Assembly: GCA_015680685.1 (NCBI GenBank)
Contig: MNCI01003473.1
Location: forward strand, 491,754-555,753
DNA length: 64,000 nt
Source of the DNA: Gnetum montanum
Taxonomy: Eukaryota; Plantae; Gnetophyta
Reading direction: 5' to 3'
The notes below the pieces were generated by a model that did no database searches, was not told the DNA's origin, and saw only the letters and a program-made list of their open reading frames with translations. The first letter of the stretch is position 1, and every line of letters starts with the position of its first letter. The position numbers and the translations under genes were made by a program. Positions 36,201-50,216 of the stretch are shown piece by piece.

Positions 36201-37952
36201 TGAAATAACAAAAAATCCAAAACCAATATCATCATGTTTCTTAATGTATTACCTCTCTCCTAGAAGGATTAAGGAAGCATTTAGTAAGCTTTGCTACCTC
36301 ACTTGTTCAACTATCATGGGAATCAACCCATGGATTCCATTAGATCTAGACATACTCCACAAGTTTCTTAATCTATCAAACTAAGCACCATTATCAAAAT
36401 TCCAAGGCCTACCAAGAATTACGTTGGCATAATCTATTGAAAGCACATCACACTTCACAACATCATGAAAACCTTCAATTTTTAATTTTGAAGTACATTG
36501 TTCCCTCACTTCTTGAGAGAAATATCTAATTAACCAATGCATTCTATAGGGTTTAGGATAAGAGTTAGTTGACAAACCCAATCTAGAAATTGCCCTAGAA
36601 GAAATAACATTTTTTTTGGCTCCCCCATCAATCAATAGATGAATCCATTCCTTACTAAGTAAACATCTAGCGCCAATTCGAAACAACAATTTTCTATCAA
36701 GATGATCTCATCTATTTACACTTTCCATGAATGCACAAGAATTTAATTCATAAACTTTCTCGATATTTGGAGCATTAGGATTACCTCTCTAAAGAACTTG
36801 GCTTGATGTCTTCTTCACCCACAAGGTTTGCACATCTTTTTCATTTGCTACGTTGTAAGGTGAACATTTCCATTGCTTGTGTTCCCATACTTCACACTTG
36901 AAGCACTGAGTCTTAGATGAGCTATTGCCTTGCCCCTTACCTTCCTTACCTTGGTCCTTCTTAGCTTTGCTATTATAATCATCTCTTTCTGTCTTTCTAG
37001 CTTGCATGTCATTCTTATCTTTACATTTTGATCTAGATCTCTTCTCAAATTTGAATCCATTCTTCTTCTTCTTGGAAGTTTATTTGCTCTCATTTTTGAA
37101 TTCACTCAATTTCTTTTTAGCCTTAAGTGACAAATCACAAGGCTCATCTAGAGTTTGTGGCTCATAAAAAGACAACTCATGTTAATATGTCATTTTGAGA
37201 CCTCCTAAAAAGATTGAAGCCTATTCATATTTGTCCTAGTCTACCTTAGCTTGATGGAATAGATTATAAAATTTGATATAGAACTCTTTGACATCCATGT
37301 CATCTTACCTTAGGAATTTTAACTTTATAATGGTAACTTACCTTTGACAAGACTGTATAAATTTCATTTTCAAACTATATTTCATTAAATTCCAATCTTT
37401 GATGGGTTAACCATTTTGTCTTTCATAACCTTGGGACTCCTTTTCTCACTAAGTAGAAGTTTTACCTTTGAATCTGAATTCAATAATAGGTACCCTAAAG
37501 TTATTTGGTGCCTTTTCCAACTTAAAGTGCTTCTCAAGTACCTTCAGCTAGCTTGAAAGTTTTCAACTCAATATATTAAAGTCTAGTAGCATTACAGAAT
37601 GCTCTAGCAAGTCTTGCTTCATCCTCCTTGTCAAGCTTGATTGAAGAAGAAGTAGATACCATTGTTGAAGCCCTTGAAATTCTCATATGAGGAATAGAAT
37701 TCCCACCAATTGGAATATTTATCTAATGGATTCCTATACTCGTATAGCTAGATTATCCTTCCTCATCATCTACTCTTCTTCATTTGAACATGCATGCTCA
37801 CCATCCCCACATGTATGGATATGGCTAGGATCAACATTTCTATCTATCATCACACTAATTTCATCTAATTAAGAAGTCATCATCTGAAAGGTAGACTTCA
37901 TGCTCTCCATGTCTCTATTTAGGGCTTGTACCTATTTCTTCTTAGGTGCCAT
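33292..37952 (-). pseudogene. gag-pol: CRM-like gag-pol polyprotein pseudogene with C-terminal chromodomain
   Basis: Start MAPKKK; CFKCEVWEHKQWKC; protease LIDGG..PKPY..W..CDV..ILGRPW; RT SISPC..PKK..WRM..FPIPR..FSKVDLKS; RH KWIAQLQEFNFVLKHKSGKAN; INT PIPNGPW..MNF; EPFKIKAKINDNAF; chromo-like HEYVIH*..SIDDVVWIHES. Confidence 0.9.
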
Positions 37953-38659
37953 CTGAAATTGATAAAATCCTCAACCAAAACCATGCAACAATCAACATAA
38001 AGCTCCAATACCAATAACACTAGAGTTGGTTCAATCCAATTAACAAATCACCTTCCAATATTAAATCTAGATATTATGAAAATATAATTAATTTTCTAGA
38101 AAATAAGAAAATTAGCTATCTTTAATTATTCAAGAAAAGATTACAACAAGGTTTCTAAAGCCATCAAAAAATTTGAGTAAATAGAATTTGGGTAATTGTG
38201 AAAAGCTAGTAGGCAGAAAATTTGGCTAAGTCTATTAAGAGGAAAACTAAAATTTATCTATGTGTAGGAGGGGAGATAAATCTAAAGTTAGGCATTAGAG
38301 ATGAGGAGTGAAAGTAAGAGAAAAAGAAATAGTTGTGTTCCTAGAAACAAGGAGGGAAGATTTGTCTAGATTTCTATGGTGACACAAGGGAAAAAAATCT
38401 AAGTATGGGATCATAGGATAATGTTAGAAAAATTGCTTAAGTAATGGAGTTAGCATAATCTATGTGATGGGAGGTAAGGTTTATCAAAGAACATTGGAAG
38501 GATAAGCTTATGTGCTTGAGTCTTATTTTTAGTATTGCTACTTAATTCTTGCCTAGTTGGTTTTCGTAGTTTGAATGTTTCTTTTGCCTAAGTCTCGTTC
38601 GTTTTGGTTGTCTTATGAGAACTAATTGATAATTTTTTATGTTTTTTTTTTTTGCAAGG

Positions 38660-40719
38660 ATGGGGTTAGTCATAGGCTCCTAGTGATTGATCTAATGTTC
38701 TTCTTAATTTTTGATTCATCCCCTAGGCTTACTAAGAGGCCTCAAAAAGTGAAAGCTTTTTCTATTATTGATGAGCGGTCCCTCTACCCCACACAAATTT
38801 GACTCGTCGGGGCTAGGCATTTCTCATAGTTCTACATCAATAATTTTCATGTGCTTGTGTGGACTTTGGTACCTCTCTTTGCATTCTCATACATACTTGA
38901 GAGGATATGTTGTGGTATTAGTGTAAAGTCACTTACATGTATCATCTAGGACTTGAGTGATGATATAATTATGGATGATACAAGAAAGAGTTGGAACATT
39001 GAACATAAGGAGTTGGATTATTTATGAAGGGATTACCCCTATAAATAGTTTAACCTTGATATCATCTTACTCATAGATCCCTATCATATCCAGAGTTTAT
39101 TCAGTCTTTTTGGAATGCATATCACAGTCTCTAGGTATGTTGGTATGTTGATATAAAGTATTATTTATACTATTATTTATATCATAGTCATCAGGTTTCT
39201 TTTTGTGATTTGAAGATCTTGATATGGCTTGTTTTTCATGTTTTTCTTGCAGGTTCAAAGATCCTGATTGTAAGGACTACAACCTAGAGATGTTGGAGTA
39301 GATGCTATGTGAGGTGTCTTTAGAGAAAATTGGTGTCTTACTATATTTGATCAATTTATAAATAAGACAGAGGAGGGTCAAAAATATTGGTGGTACTAGG
39401 GATTCTCACAAGCCAATTTGATTCATGTTCTTTAAGATAAGCCTAATTTTGGTATGAGGGATAATTGGCCTAAGGGTTTCCACATCCACCTACTAACTAT
39501 GGTTAAGCTACTCAATGTTGATTTTTATTTTTCACACTTAGTTTTATGATGGCTACACTGTGGTTTGGCTCTATCTGAATCTACATGAAAGATGTGTAGT
39601 AACTTATGTTTTGCTTTTTTGTAAACAAAATTAAGATTTCAGAGGTTATATACACTAGCTTGGAAATGTGAAGCAGAGAAACTTACAAGCAAATATACAT
39701 ACTACTCCTGCAAGTCACACATGATTGATGAGTGGACTTGGAAGTATCTTCCTAACTTAGAATGTGCAGGATTAATTTCTTTATTTACACTGAGGTCTTC
39801 TAACATCTCATCCATGAATGTGATTAATGTAGAGAGGTGTTACTTGAGCCAACAATGGTTGTTTCTTTTCCAAGTTCAAGGTAGAGGGGTTATTTTACTT
39901 TGAAACTAGAACTCATTAAGGCACTCATTCAACTTCCTTAATCTTGGCATGTATGCTAAGGGGGATGATAAGCTCTTATAAATTAACCAAAAGAAGATTC
40001 ACAGGTAGGCTTAGTATAAAGATATGAGTGAGAACATCCCTAAGTATGACAAACATGATTTTGTGCACATGTATCATCTCTTTATTAAGAGGATATTTTA
40101 TGGAAAGATTTGATTGTACAAGACTACTTTGTTGTTGAAGCTCTTAATCATCTATAATATCATGATCCATGAAACTCACTATGATTACACTAGTTACCTT
40201 GATTAGAATGTGTCTAACGAGTTGTGAAACATTGACATCATGGATGGTGAATGTTCTAGCAATTCCATGAACTTTAGTTTTTACTATTGGATGTTGTGCT
40301 AGTTTATAGAGTTGCTAGGCCATTCTAATTGCAAGGGGTAAGTGCTAAATAAAGAGAATTTCTCTCTTCCTATGTACCAAAGTGTAACAAACATCATGAT
40401 GATCCTTCCTAAGGCACTAGGTGGTCCCATGGAGGTAGCATCATCATTATAGGAAGACATAGCTAAGTATTCCATTCTTGATAGTATGGTGTTATCTAGG
40501 AAGCGATTAGCTTGTGGAGACCTAGTGTAGGGGATGGAGGTAGTGAAAGAGTATGTCTTGGGCATCCAGGATGAGGGTTATACATTTAAGAAAATGAAAG
40601 TTATTTTTGTTGAGAACACCTGTGACTTGGAGGAGAAACTAGAAGCTGAAGTAGCCAAGGTAGCAGAGAGATTGGATAAGTTGGAAAAATATTTATGTTC
40701 TAATATATTGCTTTTATAG
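38660..40719 (+). pseudogene. Decayed antisense extra ORF inside the Tat/Ogre-like element (PMD/DUF1985-like, coiled-coil tail)
   Basis: Fragments GLISLFTL, LNLGMYAKG, FVHMYHLF and YDYTSYL in plausible order; C-terminal LEEKLEAEVAKVAERLDKLE; possible GT-AG intron at 39195-39251. Confidence 0.4.
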
Positions 40720-41799
40720 TTAGTATTTTTATGATTTTAATGTTTTATAATATTTTTATATTTTGGTTTTTTGCGTTTACTAACTCTCATTTTTTATTGA
40801 TTTTTATAGTCATAGTTAAGGAAAAGAAGGAAGCGAAGAGGTAAGCATTGGCTAAAGTAGTAGAGTAGGAGAGAAGTAGAAGAGAAGAAGAAGAAAGAAG
40901 GGCTGAAGAAGAAGAAGAGAGAAGAACATGAGAGAAGGTTGAGAGACAAGCAAAGAATGAAGAAGAACATAAAGCTTAGGAGCAGTAAAAACAAGAGTAA
41001 AAGGAACAGTAGAAGCTATGAAGAGAAAAAAGAATAATGTCTTCAAATAGGAGCTATTCACAGATACATTGGGGCTTGATTTAGGAGAATGAGGTAAGAT
41101 TAAGAATACTTCAAAATTTATATACACATGTGTTTTGTGTTAGGATAAAAATGACTAATGACTATTTCTAAAAATCATGAGTTGGATAACATCAACATGG
41201 ACAAAATGCCATCCCCTTCCAAAATTGTTATTTCATCATCATTATGATTTGGAGTAGAGCCCTACTCCTAGGTGTTACCTCCTTGCTTCCAAGTGAAGAG
41301 GGAATATAGTGTGGTATAATAGGAGTTGGTATGATAATGGGGGAAGAAGGGGTAGAATCCAGTTTAGTTTGAAAAGAAGCCTTCTTTTATGTGCATGTTA
41401 AGATTCTAAGTAGGGATGTTAGGGTGGGTAGTAAAGAAGGGCCTTGGGATTTTCATGGAAAATATAATCATGATAGAGGAGGAATTGCATAGGAAAAAAC
41501 AAGAGGATAACTAACAAGCCTGAATGATGTTGGCAAAGGGAGATAGTTCCTTGGGATAGATGAAGGATAAGTGAAAGGAGGATTTGTGTGAATAGGGTCT
41601 TCATCATAATGAGAAGTCATGTTGATGACTAGGGAAGCTCTATACACATGCTAAAAAGAGGATGAATTAATACCATTCCAAGGAAGGTTGATGGAAAAAG
41701 ACTTTTTAGTCCTTGATGGATTTAGCTAGAATGATGAATAGGAAGCATATTGAATAGGACCCATTTGAATTATGAAAGATGACTTAGGTAATTCACCTT

Positions 41800-44700
41800 G
41801 TTTTTCAAGTAGAACATGAAAATTATTCTTAAATGGGCATTCAAGAAATCTTGAAAAATTTACATATTCTAATTACTAGGCTACACAGGTGTGTTGAACA
41901 TGATCTCTTCTTTTTAGAATACCACTTGCACATCATCCTCGAGTGTGTTGCAATCCTCTATATTATGACCTATGGCTAGTAATAGAAAAACTTATTAGGA
42001 TTGTACCACTTTGGAATAGGAGGATCTCCCTTCACTTGTTGTAATGGATCAATTTCCAACATTTAAAGTCTCTTGAAATGAATCCTCATTTGTTTAGAGA
42101 CTTGCTTTATGATTATGTGCTTCTCTTTCAACAACATATTGTATAATTAAATATAGGTCATTGTAAAATTATGGTATTTTGACTTATTATTCTATGACCT
42201 CATTTTTCCTTTATTGAATAGGTTTTTCCCACCATTATTGGGCTTTAGATTTGGGTTCTGATTTCTATCATTATTGCCCACATTGTTGGATGATGAATTG
42301 GAAGTAGGTTGATTCATCGAAGCTACTATTTACCCTGCATTTTTAGGTAGACTTGTCTTTGTAAGTTGCCTTGTTGTAAAAATTAATCCACTCTAAATTA
42401 TTATATTGAATTTTCATTGGTTGAAGTGATTGCATCATGAAGGCTAAGTGACATAAAATAGATCAATTTTCCTTCAATACAATCATTGGTAGGTTTCTCA
42501 AAGATATCAAATACCCATTCATCAAAGAAAGAATGTGTAAACTTCATGGTAGCAAATGCTCATCTAGAATTGAACTTGGAGATGGACTCATTATGTGTCT
42601 ATTTGATCGTGAGGAGCTTTTGTAAAGTTCCAACCTTAGTAATGTTATACTTATATCTCTTCACAAAGATTGTAAAAAGTTTTTCAAGGAAGGTAATGTA
42701 CCCATGAGGTAGAGACCTATACCACTTCAATGCTTTCCTAGTCAAAGAATTGGAAAAACTTCTAATCATAGTCTGAGGATAGTTAGGTAACAACATACAC
42801 TCATTCTAAAAGATAATCATATGATTGATGGGATTAGATTTTGTTGACCTTTTCGTATGTCAAAACCTTATAGAAAATGGAAAATGTAAAAATGTATTTT
42901 TAATTGTAGTCTTGCAAGATCAAGAAGAAGAAAATAGTGATAAGACTTCAAAAGGAGAGCTGAGCTAGAACGAGAGCTATGTCAAGATGTCATCATGAGA
43001 ATTACGAAGAAACAATGAGAGCCAGAATTCAAATAGAGTCGACAAGCTAAATAAAGATGTTTAGAGGACTATTGAGATGCAAAATGATAGAGGAATTCTC
43101 TAGAATTCAAAATGGTCTTGTAGAGTAGAGATCTCAATTTGATAGTAGATGTCTACCTCCTAAGATAGATGTCTATGGGTAGACATCTAAGTGTAGACAT
43201 CTCTCTTGAATTAAGGTTGTTTGCAAAATAGACATCTCATCTTTGAAGTAGACATTGAAACTAGTCGTTTCATAAATTTCAAGGAGTTTTTGAAAACTCA
43301 AAGGGTATAAGACTAAGTCAAATTCTTGGAAAATAAGAAAAGCATTGTTCATTGCAAAATCCATCTGTGGCTACTCAAAGAGAATTTTTTTTTGTTCCTC
43401 ATTTGTTCACCATTTGTATGTATTTCATGTAGTGAGCTTAATTTGCAAGGACTCTATAAATCAAGTTACACACACTCTCTAATCTTTTTCTCTTTCTTTG
43501 TAGCCTTGCAGGGCTAATGTGCTTCCTATGAGAAGGCATCTTCATTGAGCTTGTCAGTACCTTGAGGGATTGAGTAATTTTGTAGCAAAAAAATACTTTG
43601 ATCTGGAGCTCACATTTGTAAATGTTTTGAAATCCTTTAAACCATATTTTGAGCTTGTTGGAAACTTGCAGGGTTGAGTGGTTTCACAATGATGAAACAC
43701 TCTAGAGCGAAGCTCAAATCTTGTAAAGGTTGTGGTGCCCTTCAAACCATGTTTTGCTAAGGAATAAAGTTTGGAGGTGTGCAAGGGTTCTACCCTCCAA
43801 GTGTGAAGATACCCAAGTTGGGAAACTATGTAAAAATTATGTGTGATTTTTGGTGGCTATAATGGTTTTAACTGGGGCAGTTATTCAACCCCCCTTCTAA
43901 GTTCTTAATCCTCAAGTGGTATTAGAGCCAGGAACTCCTGGTTTTGAGTGTAATAACTCAGGAGTGAATGATGGAAGAAGGGTCATAAATCAAGTCGCCA
44001 TTGTTCAATGGGATCACCTTTATGTGCTAGAAGGCTTAAATGCAAGGGTTCTTTAAGTACGTAAGGTTCTTAGTTTGGACATTCATCTTGGATGGATGCA
44101 TTCAACTCATCAACAGTAAAGGTAAGAGTAGTGGTAAAGTAATCTAAAAATTCAAATTTTGATACCTTTTTTATGGAATGTTGGATATATGGTGGAAGAG
44201 GCCATATGGCCTCCAAATGCCCCAATGCTTCCAAGTTACAAGAGAAAGAGTATAGTGAAGAAATGAGAAATAATAACATCTATACAAGTTGGGATGATGA
44301 AGAGGAAACAAGAAACACACCCAAAGATTTACATCTGTTGTGCATAGGCTTGATCAATCGAGAACTCATCAATGATCCATTATTTTATGATAAAGCTCAA
44401 GAAGATAAGAAGGAAAAAAATATCTACAATAGCTGGGATGATGAGTTTAGTGAAGAAGAATTTGATGACCCATCAACAAACTCACATCTTGTCTACATAG
44501 CTCATGCACATGAAGCTTCCATCTCCAACACTGTAGAAGAAAATGAAAAATGTGAAGGTAAACTTGAAGAAAGGTATGAGCCACTATGTAATGAATTAAT
44601 GTATGCTCACAATTTTCTTATTAAGATGAAATAGGCTTAAAAATAGAAAGAACTAGAAATCTCTCAACTAAATCAAAAATGCGTATATCTTGCAAAGGAA

Positions 44701-46900
44701 AACTCAGACCTAAAGGCTAAGAATCAAAATCTAACCCTTTCCTATGAGTAGGTTAACAAAGCTCTTGCAAATTTGAAGCTCATTAATTATAGGATAACAC
44801 AAGAGAAGAAGACTCTACAAATCATGCTAGAACAAGGTGGAGATCCAAATAATGGAAGAGACAATGAGACAAGCAATTCATCAAATGGGAGGTATACACA
44901 CAGGTTTGGACATGCAGCCCAAATGAGAAAAACTATGAATTATTTTTGTGGAAAATATGAGCATGAGAAATCTCATTATCATTTACAATTAAAGAATTAT
45001 GAATCGACTACATGGTCTTATAAAAAAAAGCCTAGAAAGTATGAGTTGTTGGTTAGAAATGTTTGGAAGCCCAAGGTGATAAAGCTAGAGGAAGAAACTA
45101 GAGACTTAAACAAACATGTTAATGTTGGAAAAGGTAAAGATCATATGCATGCTAAGGAGGTACTCCATAATAGAAGATCTCATCCTAAATTCCATTAATC
45201 ATGCCCATGCCTAGATGCAAGCAAGGTAAGTAGGTTTATAATTTTTTCCTTGATTTGCTAATTTTTTTGAATTGGTTTATCTTTAAAAATATTAGTGGCT
45301 AGAAAATTGTTGAATGGATGCTACTACAAATCTTTATTTATCAAAAGAAACCTGCACTTAGTCTTACAAGGTATTAAGTTATAGATGAAGTGAAATAACT
45401 TTAATGAATATTAAGTTAGCTTATCTTAAGAAAGGATCAATGAACAAGAACCAAGAATATTCAAGGTAAGGTCAAGTAAGTTTGATTATTAAGGTCATAT
45501 CTTAGCTATAGAACATATATGTCTTATGATCCAACTCATATCATTATGATGTACATTATCTATTATATTGTAAGGCTATCATAAAAGTCCAAACTATTTT
45601 TAAAATTTTTTTATGGGTGATAAAGCTTCAGTGAAGTAAGAAAATACTTCAATGTAGAGCTCACATTTGTAAAGATTGCAGGATCCTTTAAACTAAATTT
45701 TGAGCTCTTTGGAACCTTGTAGGGTTGATTGGTTTCACAGTGACAAAACAGTTTAGAGTAGAGAAAAAATCTTATAAAGATTGTGGTACCCTTTAAACCA
45801 CATTTTGCTAAATAACAAAGTTCAGAGATGTGCAAAGATTCTACCCTCCAAGTGTGGATTACCCAAGTTAGAGAATCATGTAAAAATTATGTGTAATTTT
45901 TTGTGGCTATAATTATTTTAATTGGGGAACTAATTCAACGCCCGTTCTAAGTTCTTGATCCTTAAATTCCTAATTATACTTGGTGAAATTTGGAAATGAT
46001 ACCTCCTTCGGAACTTGGGTAGGTGGGATTAGTGGGCTGATAAGGTCAATAAGAAGATTAGCAATAGATACTATAAGATTATCCCTTGTGTAATGTAGCA
46101 ACTTTCATGATTTGGTCTTTGTTTGCGTACAACTTCGAAGCAAAGTCTTCTAATAACAACATTAATTATGGAGGAATTCCAAGAATATTCTAAGGAGGGG
46201 TACTTGACATGGGATTGTAAGTAGATAAAATTATTTGAACATATGTCATGACATTTAGAGGTGCTATCATAATAACATTGAATGGAAAAATGTGAGATGT
46301 AGATTATGGAAAAGATAAGGAGATTAATGACTATTGTACTAGTATTAAATGAGGTAATGCTTGGAATGGGTTAAGAGGTGAATTCATGCTTTTTATTAGT
46401 GATGAGAGAATACGATAAGCTATACCTCTATTTGGGAATAGACTATGGGAAAAAGGTAAATTAATTATTGATGAGACTATGGTAGTAGGATTGAATAAAA
46501 TAGGTGGTGCAAGGATAATAGTTTGAGATGCCAGAATGAAGAATGGATTGGTAAACCCAATGAGGTTTACATTTTGTAGAGTGGGATTGTGTGATAGATG
46601 AAAAGGATCTGTAGGAAGAGAAACGTGAGGATGCTCCTCCTCATCACCATTGTGAATGTTGATGTCATCACTTTGCTAGCTATGTTGATCTTGGAACTAA
46701 TAGTTTCTATTGCTAATATTGATGTTGGAAATTTTGATTAGATGATATCCAATAATGCTTCCCATTGCTTGGACTTTATTCCTAGTGATAAGATATTCTA
46801 CTAGTGTAACCTATTCGAACAAAGTTAGCTTGATGTGATGGTTTGGATTAGGTAGAAAAGAACCTAAACCATTGACTATTTCATAGGTAGTCATCCTTCT
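41800..46900 (-). pseudogene. gag: Tat/Ogre-like gag pseudogene split by the 42842-45964 insertion
   Basis: FPNFTKYN*|KSNPINH reads in frame across the insertion site; SFSNSLTRKALKWYRSLP; PKWYNPNK and GHNIEDCNTL motifs. Confidence 0.75.
42842..45964 (+). mobile_element. Second SIRE-like copia element, internally deleted (5' LTR 42842-43914, partial 3' LTR ~45610-45964)
   Basis: TGTTG start; PBS ag-tggtattagagc at 43915-43928; gag remnants homologous to 8742-10650 (CWIYGGRGHMASKC); degenerate TSD gattt/aattc whose removal restores the host gag frame. Confidence 0.85.
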
Positions 46901-49900
46901 TAGCTAATTCTCAAGAAATACAATCTCAATTCTCACTTGGAATATGAAATCTTCTAGTCATGCTGCATCATAGGTACTATAAGAGTTTGTGTCTTTCATG
47001 TCTTTATTAATTTACAAATTTGGAAGTTGTGAGAGGATTTGGAAACTTGGCTAGACATCAACAAGGGTCTCTTACATATACACACTTAGAAGAACATAAG
47101 GTTAAGTACAAAATGAATAAACTAAGTAAAAATGAAAAGGATAAGAAAAATTCTAAGTGCTAGAAAAGACCTATATGCTACTAGGGGATAGGTTTGAAAT
47201 CCTAGAAATCCTATTGGCCCTCCTTCTAGTACTAAAAATATTTTTACAAAATTATTTTTTTAACTCTACAAGAACACCTCCATGAACTATGTATCAAAGT
47301 AGTTAATTTATAGTCACAAACAATCTTTAACTCAATATAACCATTACTAAGTCAATAATGATGGTGTGATGGGTTATGAATCCCTAATCAAATGTGGATT
47401 TAGTTTATCAAATGCAAACTAAGAACATAGAAGAATAATAAAAACGTATGATTTAAATACTAAAGAAAACATAGCTAGGTATTTATTGCTAAAAAAATAA
47501 CTAAGTATAAGTATAAAATACACTATGAGAGGTAAAATGAAACAAAGTGTAAAAACATGAATAGAGTAACATAAAATGGTAGAATCTAAGATGCTACGAT
47601 ATGGGTGAAGGCCGTAGGTTTCCTTCCCAAAGAATAGCATGCTTTATTACTAAAAAAAATGAGTGTTCACCTCCTAGGGAGGGCTAAATTATAAGTGTTG
47701 AAGTAAAAACGTAAGTGGGATGAACCTAAAAATGAAAAACCCAATTTGTGAGTAAAATATAGGTTTGAAAAATGAAATTGAACCACTAGAGGATGAGGAT
47801 ATAGATGGAGAAGTTGTAGGAGCAACCAAAACGAGGTTGTTTTGGCTAAGTGTTCCATTAGTGATGCCAAGGTTGAAAAAAATTCTAACATTAGAGAATG
47901 ATGTTGAAACTTGAAAAAATCTAAGTCTAGAGGATTTATGTGGATGTTGCTTGATTGACGTAGATGCCACATCAACGTTGGTGCTAAAGCCTAAAGAAGT
48001 TTGAGTGGTCATGGACCATGTAGGTGATGTTATGAGGTCTACTATACATACTCTTAATCTCTCAAAATCTCAAGAAATAGATCCTAAAGTTTTATTTTAA
48101 ACTCTTATTTATTGGCATAGGGTTACCAAATTTAACTTAGAGTTACTAAATTTGAGCTTGGAATTAAGTGCAATTCACACAAAGTTAATTTGGAGTTCAA
48201 AAATGGAAAGTTTGACCTTTGTGTTTGGAAAGTAGGATAAGCTGGATAGGTGATGCTAACACTGACGTTAACATTAATGCTAACATTAGCATTAGCATCA
48301 CCAACACTTAGAAAAGTTTTGGCAACTTCACCCAAGTGTTGGTCCAAGCCTCTCAAGACTTTGTTTGATGTCCAAACTAATGTCGAATGGTATTAAGATG
48401 CTACTAAGGAGCCCATAAGGCCAAGGGATGATGCTGAATGTTGAGTTAAAAGGTACAAGATATCAGTTGAAAGGTTTCAAAAGTATGACATTAACTTTGT
48501 TTCCAAGTTGTAGTTTTGGACTTTTGAGACCTCATTTGATGTTCAAACTAAGGTTGAATGCTACCAAGACGATGTCTAAGAACTCATGAGGTTTGAGATT
48601 ATTGTTGAATGATGGGGATGAAGGTTAATAATGATAAAATATAGCTCCATAAAGTGTTGACATTGGCATTAGTATCAGCATTAGCCAATGAGTTTGAAAA
48701 GTTTCAATTGATATCAAAATAAGTTGTGATGGTGTGTATGAGATGTTGAGAAGCCTCTAAAATTTTTGAGAGTTATAAATTATTGAACCTAATGTTTATG
48801 TAGTGCTAACATAGGCATGATGAAGTTGATGCTGATGTTGCTGACATCAACATTAGTGTGACTTGTGTAAGTTGAAAAATTTTCTAACTCTAACTCCCTT
48901 TGAACTTATTGAAATAGTCATCCAAAGTACTAAAACTAATGTCAATTTGGTTGAAAGAGAGTCTAGGAAGCTAGGGAATGAGTCAAAATATAGGTGTGGA
49001 GTGTTGGAGATGGTACTAGAGGTGCTAATGCTAGTGTTAGTGTCATGGTCACACCTAGAGCTTGAAAAATTTCAACCCTAGGGTTCCCAAGTCAAACTAT
49101 CAAAATTACCAAATTTTAACCTTGTGATGGCATGTGATATTTAAACAAGTCTGGATTATAACATTTGAGTTTATTGTATTAGAAAATAGTCTATATATAT
49201 GTAGAGTCTATTTTTATTTCAAACAACATTATAATGTTATAGCCAAAAACTTGTATAATTGGTTTTTGTTTCCTCCATTGGTGCTTGGTCAAGTTGTAGA
49301 GTCTATCTTTATTTTTCATGCAAATATAATAATTGTCCAATAGATCCTATGGGTCTTTGGACATAATAAAGCTTCAATTTCAATTTCAATTTTATATATG
49401 TATCTTAGTTGGCCTCATTATATTATGGAATGCTTGACTAGTTAACCTTGTGGCTTTTAGGTAAGATTAATAGACACTTGAATATGCTTGGCCTAGGTAA
49501 ATGGCATCTTAACCAAATAACATATTGTCTATGAAGGTTGCACTCTACTAGAATAATTCATGTACTCAATTTGCAAATCTAAGAAAAGCTTTGAAGATCA
49601 TTACTATTGGTAAGTAATAAACTCTTAGCATGACTATGATGCTCTAGCACAAGTAGTTTTTGGATTGATGAGATACTATGATCTCAATGTCTTTATATGG
49701 AATAAGGTATATTAGTAGATTTTGCAAGTTTGTGGGTGTGGGGCTACTTCTCTAGAGCAGAAAATCCCCAAGATGGTCCCATAAGCCCATTGCCATAGTA
49801 AGAACTAAGAAAGCTTTAAAAGAAAATTGAAAAATGAGTGTCAATTAGTCATTCATGTGGCTATAACTAGCATGTGAGTGAGGAGCATTGTTATCTTTTT

Positions 49901-50216
49901 TGAGTTGGTAGTCTTTTTGGTAAGTTAACCTTCTTGTGTTATTGTAATGAATAACTGCTCAAATTCATCATTAGTCCTTCATTTATCATGAAAACCCTTT
50001 GAATAGAGAAGCATATCAAGATTTGAGGTTGGTATCTTTTATCAAATTAGGTAATATAGAAACTTAGTACTTTTTAAAGTTGACAATGTTTGAACTTCCC
50101 CAAAGAAATGTACACTCTTGGTACATCCTAAGTTTTGTTGTAAGGTCATTACTTTCTTCAAGAAACAGAGAGTTGTAAGAAAGGGCTGAATGTTGCTAAT
50201 TCTCTTGTTTCCTTAT

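Larger units (their letters stand above)
31782..38175 (-). mobile_element. CRM-like chromovirus (Ty3/gypsy): 3' LTR ~31782-33291, 5' LTR remnant 38015-38175
   Basis: LTR repeat 31806-31920 vs 38036-38150; PBS tggtattggagc at 38002-38013; PPT gaagaatgggagag at 33293-33306; full gag-PR-RT-RH-INT order. Confidence 0.9.
23322..49135 (-). mobile_element. Tat/Ogre-like Ty3/gypsy element with nested inserts; 3' LTR ~23322-25714, 5' LTR ~47239-49135 (truncated)
   Basis: Two diverged ~2-kb colinear repeats. PPT aagagggggtaa-TGTA at 25715-25726; PBS tagtactagaaggaggg at 47218-47234, a deaminated form of TGGCGCTAGAAGGAGGG (plant tRNA-Asn); Ogre-like gag downstream of the PBS. Confidence 0.75.

Noticed and set aside
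40794-41127. F/L/S-rich membrane-protein-like ORFs
   Set aside because: Reverse-strand translations of a GAA-rich low-complexity tract.
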